A program made the translations under genes and the position numbers. Positions 39,365 through 53,816 of a stretch of DNA of 64,000 nt are shown one piece after another. This DNA is from Phoronis australis. Its lineage: Eukaryota > Animalia > Phoronida. The notes under the pieces were generated by a model. It saw nothing but the letters and a program-made list of their open reading frames with translations. It was not told the origin of the DNA and searched no databases. Within the stretch, counting starts at the first letter, position 1. Every line of letters begins with the position of its first letter. The stretch spans positions 177,901-241,900 of the forward strand of contig NMRA01000095.1 in NCBI GenBank assembly GCA_002633005.1, given 5' to 3'.

Positions 39365-41118
39365 GATGACAACTTGCTGATACTTCAGTTTTCAGATTGT
39401 TAAATAATTTAACATATGCTGCACCTGATTTTATTTCCAGTACTTTATTTTAGAATCTAATATGTCCTTCATGTTACATCATGGCCTGTTATTGCAGGTT
39501 ACCCATGCAGGAAGACCGTTTCCAAACTCGACGAATTGTTGTTTAACTGGCATGCGTGAGATTGGTAGTATGCAGGTGATGCATGAAAAAATAAATACAG
39601 TAATAGTTAACATAACAAATGTTCTCTAAAGCAAATGTGAATATACAAAATTAACTAAACATTATTTACTTACTTTGTACATGTACGTTGAGGTTTACGC
39701 CCTTTCCGAATTTGGATGCGATGTTACAATCACTTCAAGCTAACCTAACCTAAAACTCCAAGAAAAAATCTCGTTTTTTATGACATTACTGACTGTCATC
39801 AAGGTCATTTCGTTGATTTTTCGACCACAAAAATGTGATAATAACGGGAATGAATAGTGCTTAATTAAATATAAATTGTATTCCATAGAGGTGGAGGTCG
39901 AAGAATATAGGCAGAGGGCCACCGGCCACAGGAGGCGGAACATTTTTTTTGAGATTGTAAACCAATGATTTTTTAAAAACAAAAAGTCCCTATGGAAGTC
40001 CTCTTGAAATTCGTGTGTGGAAATTGGAATAGAACATATATGCAAATATTGGAATTGAATGCCCATAAGGGGTGACACCCAAATCAACTGAACGGAGCCA
40101 GTCAGCTAAAACCCGGGGACCCAGTCATCAGAGAGATCCGACAGCGGGGCCGACGTACGTATAGCCACAAGAACGTTGAGGCGGGAGAACATCAAAACAG
40201 TGTTACGTTGGACATGGAGAATAACAGAGCCGAGAAAACTGAGGCAGGGGACATTGTGGGTGAGATGAATGTTCATACTCTGCAATGCCGCTAAGTGCTC
40301 GAAAAAGGGTGTGTAATAAAGTTAGCTTGAATTCTTTTCCGAAGTCATCTTTCTGTGGCAATTTTTATGTCACTGTACAATTGTAGCGTGATCACCTCTA
40401 AATCGTCACTGCTAATGGGTGGTAAATTATGTCACGGGCTGTTCGTGTATCTATGTTTAGCCGACTTTCGAAAGAGCTGCGCCATATCAAAATTCAGGCT
40501 CTATAATTCCACCAGACGGCGATCACGTCTTCATGGACAGGCGTTCAACTCCCATGTAGTGCTGGGGTAGTTTTCAAACTAGTGGTATGAAAAACGTTTC
40601 AACACCTTTCCTGCTATCAGAATGCCGTAAAGTTTTCAGAGATGTGCAGTGGGATATACTAATGACTTACGGAAAAAGGCACACATACTGAAATACCCAC
40701 TGATGAACGACATCGTGTCCCAAATATTTGCTACTGCGATGAATAAACGGCGGCTAGTAGTCGGGGACTGTGACTGATACAGTGGATGCCGTCAAGCTAA
40801 AACAAATTATTGAATTAATTTAATTAGATAATTGGAAGGGTTGAAATTTGGATTAGGTCCTCTAATTTTAAATTAAGTAACCATTATATGCAGCAGTGTG
40901 TGTGTCCACCGCATTCGGGATCAAGCTGATGCTCGCCTTTTCACTATCGGGCTCTACATAGCGCCAACATGAAAAATACCCTTTTCGTATCTTTACAGTA
41001 TTGCAGAACTGTAGTTATACGCCAAACTTAGGCGCATGTGCATATAACTGTACTTATATGCCAAACTTAGGCAAACGAGCCAATTGGTAACAAGCCACGA
41101 AAATAGGCGTTATTTCGA

Positions 41119-41727
41119 ATAGAGGTCCATGGGTCGGGGAGCAATGATACAGTAATATAAAACTATTTACCAAATTTCTTACAATTCAAATTACCTGTCG
41201 CAGGCAGGGTAACAGAAGATCTGCGGCAACACTGGTTGTCTCGCCACGCCGCTTCCATCCTGACTTCACAGGAGACGCAAACTCTCACTACTGATGTTGC
41301 CGTTAACTGTTGATTCTTTAGTCGTCGTTGTATGCTCCTGGGCTCGCCTAATGCGCAGGAAGCAAATAAAATTCCATACATGTAGTTCAGGATGCGTTTC
41401 CCGTTGACATAGGTAGCCTTGACAATCTGTATTTGATTTTGACGGTCGAAGAGTGGAAACCCAAAGGGCTGATATCGGGAGACATTCAGATTGAAGACCA
41501 AATTTCTTGAAAGTACGCCAAGGAACTTCGGAGATACAGAGGCAAAAGTAGAAATGTCCGTTATAGTGCCCTAAGTTGTGGTCAAAACGGGTATGCATGC
41601 ATTTTAATAAATTGAAAATTCAATTATGGGCATATGCAAGGGACATTACTTGGGCGTAAATGCAAAGCTTAGTCGCATGCGCCACTTGGGTAAAAAAGAC
41701 CGCCGGATATAGACCCGTGGGCCTAAA
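41119..41727. mobile_element. Possible degenerate MITE
   Basis: Inverted ends aggtccatgggtc / gacccgtgggcct; no clear TSD. Confidence 0.35.
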
Positions 41728-42734
41728 GGCACGGCAATACGGTATAAATATTTCATGACTGACTCAACCAACTACGACTGGATACAAACTATATGGCCAA
41801 TACAACAAATGTTGTCTACATCGCACTTCTAAATTTGACTCTTTTTAGTATCGAGTCCTATGCAAACAAAATTTAATTTTCCAACAGCAACGAAAACAAT
41901 GCTTTTAAGAACTTGGGCAATATCAAAGCGAAATCTTGCACAGGATTTGACAACATTTCCAACAAATTCACGAACTGGATCCGGCAACCCTATGTCATGT
42001 GGACTTAAGTTAAAATTCCACCAATAGACGGAGCTGTGGTTGTGTGTTACCGCGTCGGGTGTGGTCCAAGAGAGAGCAGCCAAATCAAGTGGTTCGGTCG
42101 TGTGGTCCTTCAACTTTGAACATTCAACGTACGACGCTGTGCTTCCGGCCACGCCCTGCAAGATGCTTGTCTTGATCTCGAAACAGGCACGTCGAGTTTT
42201 AAGAGTTTATTACAGCTTGTGCTGTACAGTATGTTCCAAAGGACATGCGCGGGTCGCATGGCCGTCGCAACATCAAAAGCAGCGACACAGGCACAGTCGG
42301 CGCAGAACCGTAAAAACTTGCTGCTGTTCCCGGGGCGTGAAATGAATGGTATTCAAAATTCTATTTCAGGCTCAAAGCAATTACACAAACGCGGGTAGAC
42401 ATATCCATTCAAAGCGACTGACATGCAAATTATTATTCAGAGCCGCCGTTCGCAAAGACAACTACAGGTACCAGTTCAGTGAGGGAGTAACTCAAACGAA
42501 AGAAATAGATGTCCTACCGTTACAGCGGACTCACTCTCTCGCACGCGAGTTGTTTACAACGAACAATGGTTTAGTTTGGTTAGAACTGTGCAAAATAGAC
42601 ACTTTGTTAATTTTTCACTCACCGGCTGGTATTTTATTTCTCTTGTTCTGTTAAAATTATACTATTTTACTTTGGTACGCAACACCAGTCATTGTTAAAC
42701 CACTAACTACAACTTAACCAATGTTTTGACACAT

Positions 42735-43040
42735 GTTATTTTCTAAATGATTTGAAAATTGCAAAAGCTTTGCCTATACAAGTCTGTTTCTCTACTTTCC
42801 TGCCGTCTTACTTGCCTATGACTAACTTAAGACTATCTTACAACAAACAATCGCTTGTATGAACAACGACGTGGTTTTTAAGGATATGATCAACCGATTT
42901 TGTAACACTCGAACTAACAGGATTAATGAAAATCTGATCAAGGGGATAAACCCAACAACCACCATGTTAGACTTGTCAAAAGCCTTCGACATAATGGACT
43001 ATGGTATTTTACTAGACAAACTTTTCACTCTCATTGGTTA
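42735..43040 (+). mobile_element. Decayed LINE (CR1/L2-like) reverse transcriptase fragment
   Basis: Translates to LNDLKIAKALPI and MLDLSKAFDIMDYGILLDKL, matching non-LTR RT motifs K.AKV.PI and DLSKAFD; frame disrupted. Confidence 0.75.
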
Positions 43041-46000
43041 AAGTCTGGCTAATACAATTGTTTGAGAAAATATTTTCTGAAGTAAACGTTTACCCTGTGT
43101 AGGTGTGCGGAAAAATAAAACGAAGATTAAAACTTCCTCAAAATAGGTGAAGTAACATATTTTCTGGGAATACTGAAAACTGCAACGATTCGAAATGACT
43201 GTGTTCACCCTTAAGACCTTAGAAAATGTTCGGATATCTTGGATTAAACAATGATGCAAAACAGCACGTGTTGCAAATATTACAGGGCAGATCCATTTGT
43301 GACAAACGAACAATCAGAGAATGTTATAATCAGTTGTGAAAAAATATTCATCCCAAAAATAATTAATTTTTTCCATCCATTGTTGAGTGTTATTTATAGT
43401 TTCCAATGCATCACTCAACTGTTTGATCTTTTTGCCTGGATAAGAAAATTGTCTCTAAATGTGTGTGACGGACGTACATGTAAGCAGAGAATTTTAATTA
43501 TTGAAACAAGGTTTAACATTAATTTTCTAAGAATTGTAAAAAGTTACAATTTTTGTTTCAGATGATGATTTAGTAGAATGCCTTGAAATTACAAAATAAT
43601 AATTTTGTGAAGATGTCCTCTAAGAACTTTTTGTCTGACCACTCGATGTAATTTGAGAGAGTGTGATGAACGTACATTACAGACGTACGCTCTGAATTTC
43701 TAATACCAAACTGTTCGCTGTGGCTAAGGTATCAATTCAGAATAACTCAAACTTCATCTATGGTGTTCTGTTACAAGTAGTCCAAATTTAAAGTAGTGCA
43801 TGATGAAAGATGTATTACTATTTTAAATTAAAATCATCCAATTGGCCTTTTGATGAAAATAATGACCATCTCAAATAAGCCTACAGTGTATGCTGGTTAT
43901 GCACACTGGCATGTTAACTTTCAACACATTGCAACATAAAGTCCTAAATTCATCAGACATTAAATCAAAATAAATATAGGGATACGATTTAATAATATAC
44001 GGAGCCACTAAAATTATCAGATGCTGGCTCATTTTAGCTTTGCATTTAGCTTTTTAAGTTATTTCAGTTTTAAAAAGAAACGTTAAATAAAGTTGCACCA
44101 CGGTTCACGCGCAGGCACATGGGCGTATACAATTATGATTTTCTTAATTCACGATGTTCTTTCGAGTTTCAAAGAACAAATATTTGTTGTTCTTTCAGTC
44201 GACATCCGTTCTTCCCTTGGCCTCCAACAAATCTCACTCTCATTGCTTAACGCTGGTTCGAAGCTGATTGCGAGGTCAATGTTCTCGTCTTGACAAAAAT
44301 CTTTAAACTAAAAAGATGTGATTGTGTATTGATGTGAAATCATTTTATACAAGCAACCCAAGGCAATGAAAAACACAGGAATGACTACAGTGTGACAAAA
44401 AGTTTATTTAAGAATCCACAGGTTTATACCTCTTACAAATGCCCAGCATCTCCTTTTAAACACAAAACATAGCATCGCTTGTTGCAGAAGATATAACACG
44501 TTGCTTCCAGCAAAACAGCACGATAACGTGTATTCATTTTATATGTTGTTATTTTCAACTCGAGAGCACATTAAGAAGTATTTTGTATGAATACATTTTG
44601 CTTCTTCAATTTTCCAAAAACTAAAGACATCCTTGTCGCGGAAGCATGTCACGGATCTAACAAACCACCCCTCGCATCTGAAATGGCATTGAGTACGAAG
44701 TTAAAAGTGAATCTGAAATTGTCTTCATTTTGATTAAAAACTTTTGACGTAACCTAACGTTTTAGCGCTTTTTGTAACGGATGTACAGCACTTTTTCATC
44801 CAGGAGTTGGCCTTTGACCCCAAGAGGTCGACATAGTGCTACGGATCAAATGATAATTTTTAAATAGTTTAGGCTTCGTGTGATTGCACAAATTTTGTAA
44901 TATAGTGAAATGCCCGTAATTGCATGTAGCTTCATTTTAAAAATAGCACACATGAAAATCGGGGAAATTGTTAGGGATATGTGTACTCCAAAAATGGGTT
45001 TGATTAGAAAAGAAATTGAAAATTGAAGGAAATTGAAACAAGGATCCTGAAACTAGAGAGACTGGGCTTTCAGATGTGACCAGAAATGTTAATATTGTTG
45101 CAATTCTACTTTTTGCTCGATATTGTCCTTTTCGTGGATATAAGCTTGAGCTAGACCAAAAGACATTGTTAAGCACCGTATTTCCTAATTTAATGTTCAG
45201 TAATATTAGACAACCTTGATGAAGTAAGCATTTTTCATCAGGTATTGTTTGCATGACCGAGAACCTAGACTAACAATACTACCTTTATCTTCCTCTGTGG
45301 ACCATTCAAGCATGTAAACGATACAATTTGCAAGTAACAAATCCTCTGGCATATGTTGCGTGTAGGTACGTCAGTTAAAACGGTTCCAAGATTCTAGTAA
45401 ACTGATCAACGCAAAAAGATTGCGATATTAAATACATGTAGTGTTGTTCAGAAGACGCCATGTGATCAGATGTGATTGATATTAAATCTTATTTTTCCAC
45501 ACGGGATAAGTGGGATAATCCTCGTCACTCGTATTGTTTCTATAAAATTATTACCACCAGTCCCAAGCGTCTTTGAGTGACGATTTCCTTCGACAGTATG
45601 GTTCATTGATTGTAAATATTAGCTTCTCCGAAGCGTGTTTCAAAACAGAATTATATCCGGCATCTAGTTGATACGTTGTCATTTCCTCATTCAGGATTCT
45701 CAGGGGATCTTTACATAACGGTGTGCCTGTAGGCACGTCATAACAAACTTTTATTCAACAATAACCGACCTTAAATCTACACAAAACAATTATTCTAAGT
45801 TCAATTTTGATGAAGTGTTGAGTCATCAGTTGCCCGAAAAAGAATTTTTTTTCAATAATGGACAACTACAAACGACTATAAAGTACAGAATTCGCCTTTT
45901 CTTGAGCTAGAACGTAAATTAAGCATCTCAAAGTACGCAACAGTTTTTTATTTACTAAAGATATAAAATACTGTAAAATAAATAAGCAGAACGTAAAAAG

Positions 46001-46478
46001 ACCCTTAGTTATAAACTACAGGTATTGTTCATTAGCCTGCCTTATCTGGATGTTAATTATGCGTGCCACTGCAAACACTAACGCAATCGACGCGATGAAT
46101 AATTGATGAGAGGAGGGTTTGTCGTAGACAAACTGAGCCTCAAAGAGAAAAGTTTCGAACTAGGTAACAGACGGGATTAATCGTAGAATACCTACTCTCA
46201 AGAAAGTTACGTGAATATCCTTCGGCACAGCAGTAAGTGAAAAGTTATCGCGAAAAGCGGAGAGAGAAATTCCAAAAAGGACTTTTAAGAAGTGATTGTC
46301 GAATTTATAACAGTGATTTCTTCTGAGTAGCCGTCACAGGTAACTTATCGTATGAATGGAGTACATTTTAAGTGAAATTTCTATTTGAAATCACGAACGA
46401 AATCACTGAGCGTGAACTTAATTCATCTTTACATCTAAAGCAACACTATGGATTAGTTGAAACATATGAACAATAGAC

Positions 46479-46900
46479 ATGTCTCAAGACAGTGCGGGTA
46501 CATTGAATACACGAACTCGCGCCATGTCGATGACAGGACGATCCATGAGTTTCATTCCGGCTGCTGCATCGCAAACTCCGGGCCAAGCAGCCAGCAACCG
46601 AGTGGTGATAAACGTTGGTGGGGTGCGCTATGAAACGTTCAAGTCTACACTTCGGAACATCCCTGACACACGACTTTCGTGGATTACGGAGTCCACTTCG
46701 CACAACATCGACTTTGACCCACACACGGGTGAATACTTCTTTGACCGTCATCCGGGAGTGTTTCTCATGATTTTGAATTATTACCGAACAGGTAAACTGC
46801 ACGCGCCGACCGATGTGTGCGGGCCACTGTTTGAGGATGAGCTGAGCTTTTGGGGAATAGACGAGAAACAGATTGAGCCGTGTTGTTGGATGAACTACAG
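46479..46900 (+). CDS. Shaw: Shaw/Kv3 voltage-gated K+ channel exon 1 (T1 domain)
   Basis: [28 protein letters not shown] and the HX5CX20CC Zn motif; donor AG|gtgagc. Confidence 0.93.
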
Positions 46901-48643
46901 GTGAGCTCTCTGATCAGATCCAAATTTGACGCCACTAAGGGCGCTAATATTGTTGTAAGATACACTGTACGTGTTATGATTACAGGTAAATGAGCTGGCG
47001 GTCTTTTTAATAAGCGGAGCTGATGGACACCATGTGTCAATGACTGTGTTTATCAGTTATTATTTGTTGAGAACAGTAATATTAGATAGGCTAGTTAGTT
47101 TTTCGAAGTCGTTCAAAGGAAAAACGCGAGTTGCAGGCTTTTAACTCCGTGAAAACAAATGAGCAGCTTCACGTCTTGCATAAACAAGATACAAATTAAG
47201 TATTTGCAAGAAAATAAAAACATTTCACTCTATCCTTTAATGATTGAACACTCTTACATGTATACGGTTAGCATATTTCCCATTTGCATGGGCCAAAGTG
47301 TCACATAACGCAAAAAAAACGATAAATTGTAAGCACATCATTGAAACGCACCGAGAATTCTCACGGAATTAGAGGACAAACTGTATTTAAAAGACATGAT
47401 CATTTTCTTACGTCCTTCTATAATTTTACGACTCTCTGAGGAAACGTTTCGATCAAGATGCGTTTTTTCTATCCGACACGTAGTTCTACATTATTGTCCA
47501 GTTTCCATCTGCTTTTGGTTTCTGTCGTGTTAAAAAAATCGGAGTATCTAAACCTAATGGTGGTTTCATGAAGAATAAAGGAACGGTAAAAACTGTGAAA
47601 CGAATTTGCATTCTCAATTCAAAGTTTTACTGAAGTGAAAATTCCATTAAATCCAAATGTCAAGTCTTCAGTACACAACAAGTGTAATCAGATACAAGAC
47701 AGAGACTTTGTCAATAAGTTTATGCGTAAACTAATCGATATTTCTGATGTTAATTATTATCAGCTTACGGAAATCGATCTTCGAATTGCCTCTTCAAAAC
47801 AAATAAAATACAACGTTTTTTTAACGACTTTACTAAATTTTCACGTTAAAACTCATAAACCTCTTCATTCGATTCTTGCGGATTTTGTCATTAACATTTT
47901 TTCGAATTATCACAGCTAATAATTTCGCAATTTTCGAGTTCATGTGACAAATTTTCAAAATGACGAAATAATCTGATAAAATTCCGGATGAGCGGGCCTT
48001 ATGTAATGAAATAGTGAAAATACTAACGTGGAAAGGTGACTAGATAGTTACTGACGGATGGTACAGTTTGGAATATTGTTGCATATTTGATGTTTTAAAG
48101 CACCGAATGGATTTCCTTAATTGAATAAAAAGAAGAGCAACACACTCAAATCACAGACATGTATATATTCCTATAAGTTCAAAACGTGGACAGTGTAATC
48201 AAAAAGGACGTCATCCGTAAACTCAGAATTACTTAAAGTGACTTATTCAAAGCTTACCGTACTTCACATTTCAAATTGTAAACTTTCTTGTAAGTAATAT
48301 GAAGCAGACATTCAAATAAAGTTGACATTCGTCGTCTACGATGTCACACAACTGGGTCAAAAAAGTCACAGTATACAAATAGTTATTTTCTCTCAGTATT
48401 CTCGAAATGTCTTCAAACTTCTGTTTGCGATCTAAAAATGTAAATCTTGGAAAAGACTTGACATAATTTCTACTATTTAGACTACCAACATATTTTGAAT
48501 AAGTATGTTATTTACTAAAACTCAGCAAATTTTCGTAACACTGCGCATTAATTTCTAAATTCCGATACATCCATGGTGTGACACAAGACCGTTGCATCGA
48601 GCCACCACACCTGCTTATTGCGCTCCGTACTTGTTTCCTACAG

Positions 48644-48863
48644 GCAACACCGCGACGCTCAGGATACGCTACAAGAACTAGAAGACGATGACGAAAAGAT
48701 GATAGGTAATGATGATTCGGACGACGATTTCGAGTTCACAAGCAAAGCAGCGAAAGTTTTCGGTCTTGAAGAAGACGCCAAAGTCCATCAGACGTGGTGG
48801 CAGAAGAAGAGACCCAGAGTGTGGGCATTGTTGGACGATTATTACGCGTCCAACGCGTCCAAG
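48644..48863 (+). CDS. Shaw: Shaw/Kv3 exon 2 (T1-S1 linker)
   Basis: YRQHRDAQ..L and WW..RPRVWALLDD motifs; ctacag and gtaggg boundaries in phase. Confidence 0.9.
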
Positions 48864-50398
48864 GTAGGGAACCTGACAGCACAGATTGCATTTTATGGAC
48901 ATGTAGGATAACATGCTTTGGCCAACCATACTATAAAACGTTCGAACTGATGTTCACCAGTAACATTATCATGCTGAAAGTGTTCATTTCTCTTGACTAG
49001 ATAGTGAGAAGTTTGGTTTGCGACATTTGACGATGAAAACGATCCTAAGTGGACACTAGCACTGTTGGGGTTTAGACCCCGGGCGTGAAATATGATTAAT
49101 TAAATTATTAATATTTCTGAAAGCAGGTAAACTATTGCTTTGTTTTCAAGCTGGTACATGTGCTTTGAAGGGCAACAAATGCATATTTTGTTGTTACACT
49201 ATTTTGAGCATCACACTGAGGACACCTCTGCCAATAAATTGACAAATGGACTGAATAGTTAAGAGACTTATGGACGCATTTGTTTCAACGTCACCGCACA
49301 TTTTATGATATTATAATCATTCATTACTACTTCCAGCCTGTTCAGTGTTTTTGCGGTGCAACATTATGGCGCAAAAAAGGCTGCCATATAATTTTGACGT
49401 GTCTATAGTTGAGTGATTACATGGTGTTTTCTTCTGATGCCAAAATATTATTGTGATGCTATCTACATAGCACAATAATTTACACCTAAAATGTCAAAAA
49501 CACTACACCAGGAAGTAATGCTATCTGGGTGCATTTGAGAACCTGAAAAATACAGGTAATCAATTTCTCGAAACTTAAATGTGTAAAGTATTTCGTAGAC
49601 ATAGCTTCTTAGGAGAAAACCATAATCTTGCAAGACCTTAAAAATCAGACGAGTGAAAAGGCAGTGTTTCGCGAAAGTGCTTGGGAGCTTTCTAACCTTT
49701 CAAAGCAAAATGTCCAACATTGTCATTGAAAAGACTTGTTGGCAAAACTGGAGTGAGGAAATGTCTGATTGAATTATTTCACTGTTTCCAGTCCGTAAGC
49801 GAAGATTTTTCGCCGCAAGTGCAAATTAATGTCTAGCGGTCAACGAAAGGTAGCGCTGCACGCTAGATGTCGCACGTTCGTGTACAATCATTGAGTGTAC
49901 ATGTAACGTGTTGCTCCTTGAAATGTCACTTGAGATCCAGAGCCTGGCTTCTTTAACAGATACCCAGATGCTTTTTATTTCATAAAAAATAATTGCATTC
50001 GGTCTGGTGCATGTTGTACCAGACGCGCTCAAGCTGCTCATTATGGAACGCCCCTAGCGTCACCTTGTGACGGGTCTTTTCAGACACGTGACGAGTCAAT
50101 TTTGACACGCTGACGCGCCACTGATGCTTTCGAACACATGTGGACGTTCTTAAAAGAACCAATCAGTGTTAAGGTTACATAGTGTGTTGACTCAAAGGTC
50201 TAGCCACGACCTCGAGAACAGAAAGTGGGGACCTATCACAGTAGGCCACACTGCTTCCTCTGTCCAGACCGTTGCCTCTGATGTACAAAAACAGCCAACC
50301 TAGTTACGTACAGTTCATGGTCTTCACAAACTGTCTTTTCCTTTTGAATTCTAAAAGCACGGACGTTTTGAAAGATGGAAATGATGAAACCATGAAGT

Positions 50399-50537
50399 AT
50401 GGGCGGCGCAGCACTGAAATAAGTGGGGGCTCTAGCCACCTAGATCCCCATGGTGCACCGCCCGTGTACCATAGGCGGGGCATCCCGGAAATAAGTGGGG
50501 CCTATTGACCCCCCAGCGCACCATGCTACGCCTCCCA
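50399..50537. mobile_element. Small MITE-like element; related end at ~58695-58735
   Basis: Inverted ends atgggcggcgcagca / tgctacgcctccca t; internal repeat gaaataagtggggg. Confidence 0.5.
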
Positions 50538-50619
50538 TAATACGATACAAGCGATGACGTTTGAAGTTAGCGATTACGTGTGAAGTTAGCGATGTTGTGA
50601 ATAGTGGTGTTGTTGACAA

Positions 50620-50836
50620 GAATGATGACGATAACGTCGACGACGTTGACCATAATGGTGACGATGCTGATAAGGACTACATGCACCATGGAACTGATTC
50701 CAATGACAACAATGGTGACGATGATGACGACTACGATGATGATGATGATGATGATGAGGATGATGATAATGGTGACAACCGCAGTTCAGCAAATGGAGAT
50801 TGCGATGATGTAACTATTATCGTCTGCGATGACGAC
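50620..50836. repeat. Degenerate (GAT/GAC)n microsatellite in Shaw intron 2
   Basis: Read directly; source of the poly-D, poly-H and poly-M ORFs. Confidence 0.9.
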
Positions 50837-50865
50837 TATACTTTTTTGTTATTGTTTTCTTCCAG

Positions 50866-51535
50866 GTGTTTACCGTGATTTCTATGTCTTTTGTGTTGCT
50901 CTCTATAACTGGATTTGTGCTGGAATCTCATAAACTATGCCGTGTTGACAAGGATCCTCTACAGCCATACAAGAACGTAACAAACGCAACAGTCAGGCTG
51001 ATGTATGAAATGACGGACGCGCACCTCTCGCTTCAACTCATCGAGGTCATATGCCAAGTCTACTTCATCGTGGAAATCGTAGCAAAATTCATATTTTGTC
51101 CGGACAAGGTGGAGTTCCTGAAGCAGCCGATGACGTGGGTGGACATTGTATCGATACTACCGTTCCTCATATATAGAATCATTTGGCTGGCCGATATGAA
51201 TACGAACAATAACTTCTACCATACTACGACTGGCGTGCAGCTAAGTTTGGTTTTACAAGGAATTAAGCTGGTGAGAACTTTCCGTATTTTCAAAATTGTC
51301 AAGAACTTCAACGGGATGAAGGTTTTATTTCATGCCATGAAAGCAAGCGCCAATGAGTTACTACTACTCATTGTACTGCTCGCGTCAGGTGTGTTAATAT
51401 TCGCTGTCCTTATTTATTACTTTGAACTGATTGATGAGAGTCCAAAAAACGACTTCAGGAGTATCCCCATCGGGTTTTGGTGGGCCGTTGTTACCATGAC
51501 AACCCTGGGATACGGAGAGACAGTTCCTCGATCGG
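50866..51535 (+). CDS. Shaw: Shaw/Kv3 exon 3 (S1-S5 and pore)
   Basis: S4 IKLVRTFRIFKIVK; pore SIPIGFWWAVVTMTTLGYGE; ttccag and gtgagt boundaries. Confidence 0.93.
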
Positions 51536-52390
51536 GTGAGTATTGATGGATGTTACAAATGAATGATGCAAAAAGTTTAGTTAATAAATAAAATAATTTA
51601 GTTAAGTCTGCAATTGTAACAACGGGAGACGTGCTCACAAAACTTGAATGAGACGTTTATTCAGACTCAAATCTGAAAGTTAGGTAAATTAAAAAGGATA
51701 CTACATGTACACACAATTTAGGAGAAAGACTACAGAGTAAAACCACGGCTTCAATTACATGTATGCTTGACACAGTGAGAAAGTCTGAAGTTGAATTTTG
51801 GTTTTATCAATCAAGTGAGGTTTGGCTGAAATCACCAAGGATGCTACAGTAGGCATTGGTATCCTTTTAAGCAAAGTCAAAGAAAGCGTGTGCCTATATA
51901 TCATAGTGAAGTCAAAGTTATAACCAAGGGTTGCTGCTAATGTACCATTGACCACACATTATTTGAAGGATTATTTTTAGTACTTGGTGTTAGATAATGG
52001 AAAAACTGTGTGCATATACTGTAGTTAACTGGTGGTTAAAATGGACTTTTCACTAATTTTCACTTTTCAGTTTGACTGTACATTACTTTTCTTCTACGCC
52101 ATATTCACTGTCACCACGTCATCATAACCTCTTTATTTTTAAATTAATGTTGCTTTTAACTAATACCCTCGCAGAACACAAGTGTAAAATGAACTCATTT
52201 TTCTGTATTCCCCAACTTATTTGAGAGTTTTTAGGCAAACCAATGTGAGTATCCAATGGATTCATACGCGTACTTAGGCCTAAAATTTTGCTATTTCGAC
52301 AATTGTTTTGTCACCTGTTTCAAGTCACTTACAACAGGATTTGGTTATTTGATTTATCTCAAACTAATGGAAACGTTGATATCATTTCAG

Positions 52391-52607
52391 GTCCTGGCTA
52401 TGTAGTAGGCGCCTTATGTGCCATCTTAGGCGTGCTGCTCATTGCGCTGCCGGTGCCAGTAATTGTCAACAACTTTCAGCTATATTATTCACACGCTCAG
52501 GCTAAAGCTAAGCTACCAAAGAAAAGAAAACACATTCTCATCGGCGCTGCAGATGCATTGAAACAGCCCCTGCCGACAGTTGAAGAATTCAACGATGAAT
52601 GTACCAG
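52391..52607 (+). CDS. Shaw: Shaw/Kv3 exon 4 (S6 and proximal C-terminus)
   Basis: [34 protein letters not shown], characteristic of Shaw. Confidence 0.93.
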
Positions 52608-53562
52608 GTATTATAAATGTCCATCCCAAATGTGGCAGTTCGTTCTCAATGTTGAATTCGTAAACGTAGGACTTGGCGATTTATAACATTCCGGGACACA
52701 TCCAATCTTAAAGACTTGCCGAATGAACCCCGTAACTCAAATCATGGGCAATGACAACAGGCATCATTCTGGAATTCGCAAGTTTAGAGTTGGCCAAGCC
52801 CAATAAATTCTGTAAGACGTTTTTGTTGAGAAGAGAAATAGTCATATGACGGTAAGAAAAAGTACAAGACCAATTTTCTATTATTAGCCAGTTAAAGAGG
52901 GCGAAATGCGCATTTCAAGGGAGACGAGCAACGCACATTTACATTAGAAGTTGCACCAAGGTAAGAATCAATGCGCACATGTAGCCTATTTCGAATTAAT
53001 TCATTTTATGGATGGCAAAGTCGTAAGGGCTGTTTTTTGTAGGAAGCAAGTGAAATCAGACGTGTGAAAGTGCAAACATTCTCAAGAACATCGTGCCTGA
53101 CTTGGTCTACATAGATTCGGCCTACGTCGTATTGAGAAAAACATAAATAAAATAAACTGAGATAGACAGGCACTTCAATATTGAGCGGTCCGACAAAGTT
53201 TACAGTTTTTGTTCTCGCAACATTATTGAGCACACCTCTTGTTTAACTGTAATGCAAACACCAAGCTTAGAGAACAGTCTATTGACGCGTACCATTTGAA
53301 GCACCCTTCTGATATCTAAAACCATTTAAATGACATTTCTCGGCGAGAAATGCATTTTTCGCAATAAGCCCCAGCTCGTATTAGAACTAGAAACCATGGC
53401 AGTCCCAGGCAAACGCTCTACTGATGGAGTTAAAACTTACGCGAACTCACATCGTAAAATCCCCAGACATGACGTAAACAAATGGCGGGAGGGGGGGTTA
53501 AAACTGGATAGAATTTCTGATTTGCAATAAATATAATCAAAAATAATAATTCTTTTGTAGCT

Positions 53563-53816
53563 CAGGGGCCTGTTCCAAGAAACTGACTTAAGTTCATTTT
53601 TTACTTAAGTCTAAAATTTGTCTTAACTTCCATACTCTGAAACTTCCACATCCGGTGAGATAGTTAAAATTAGGACAAAACTTTCATCAAAAACCCAATT
53701 CAAACTTAAGACCTCTTTCTTGAAACGGTCCCGAGACAAATTTAAGTTTTATCTTAAAATTTACTAAAATTTAATATTTGTCTTAGCTAAGTCAGCTTTG
53801 TTGGAACGGGCCCCTG
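53563..53816. mobile_element. MITE with ~30-bp TIRs, possibly Harbinger-type with CWG target
   Basis: caggggcctgttccaagaaactgactta / taagtcagctttgttggaacgggcccctg. Confidence 0.75.

Noticed and set aside
50561-50878. Poly-Asp, poly-His and poly-Met ORFs
   Set aside because: Translations of an intronic GAT microsatellite.
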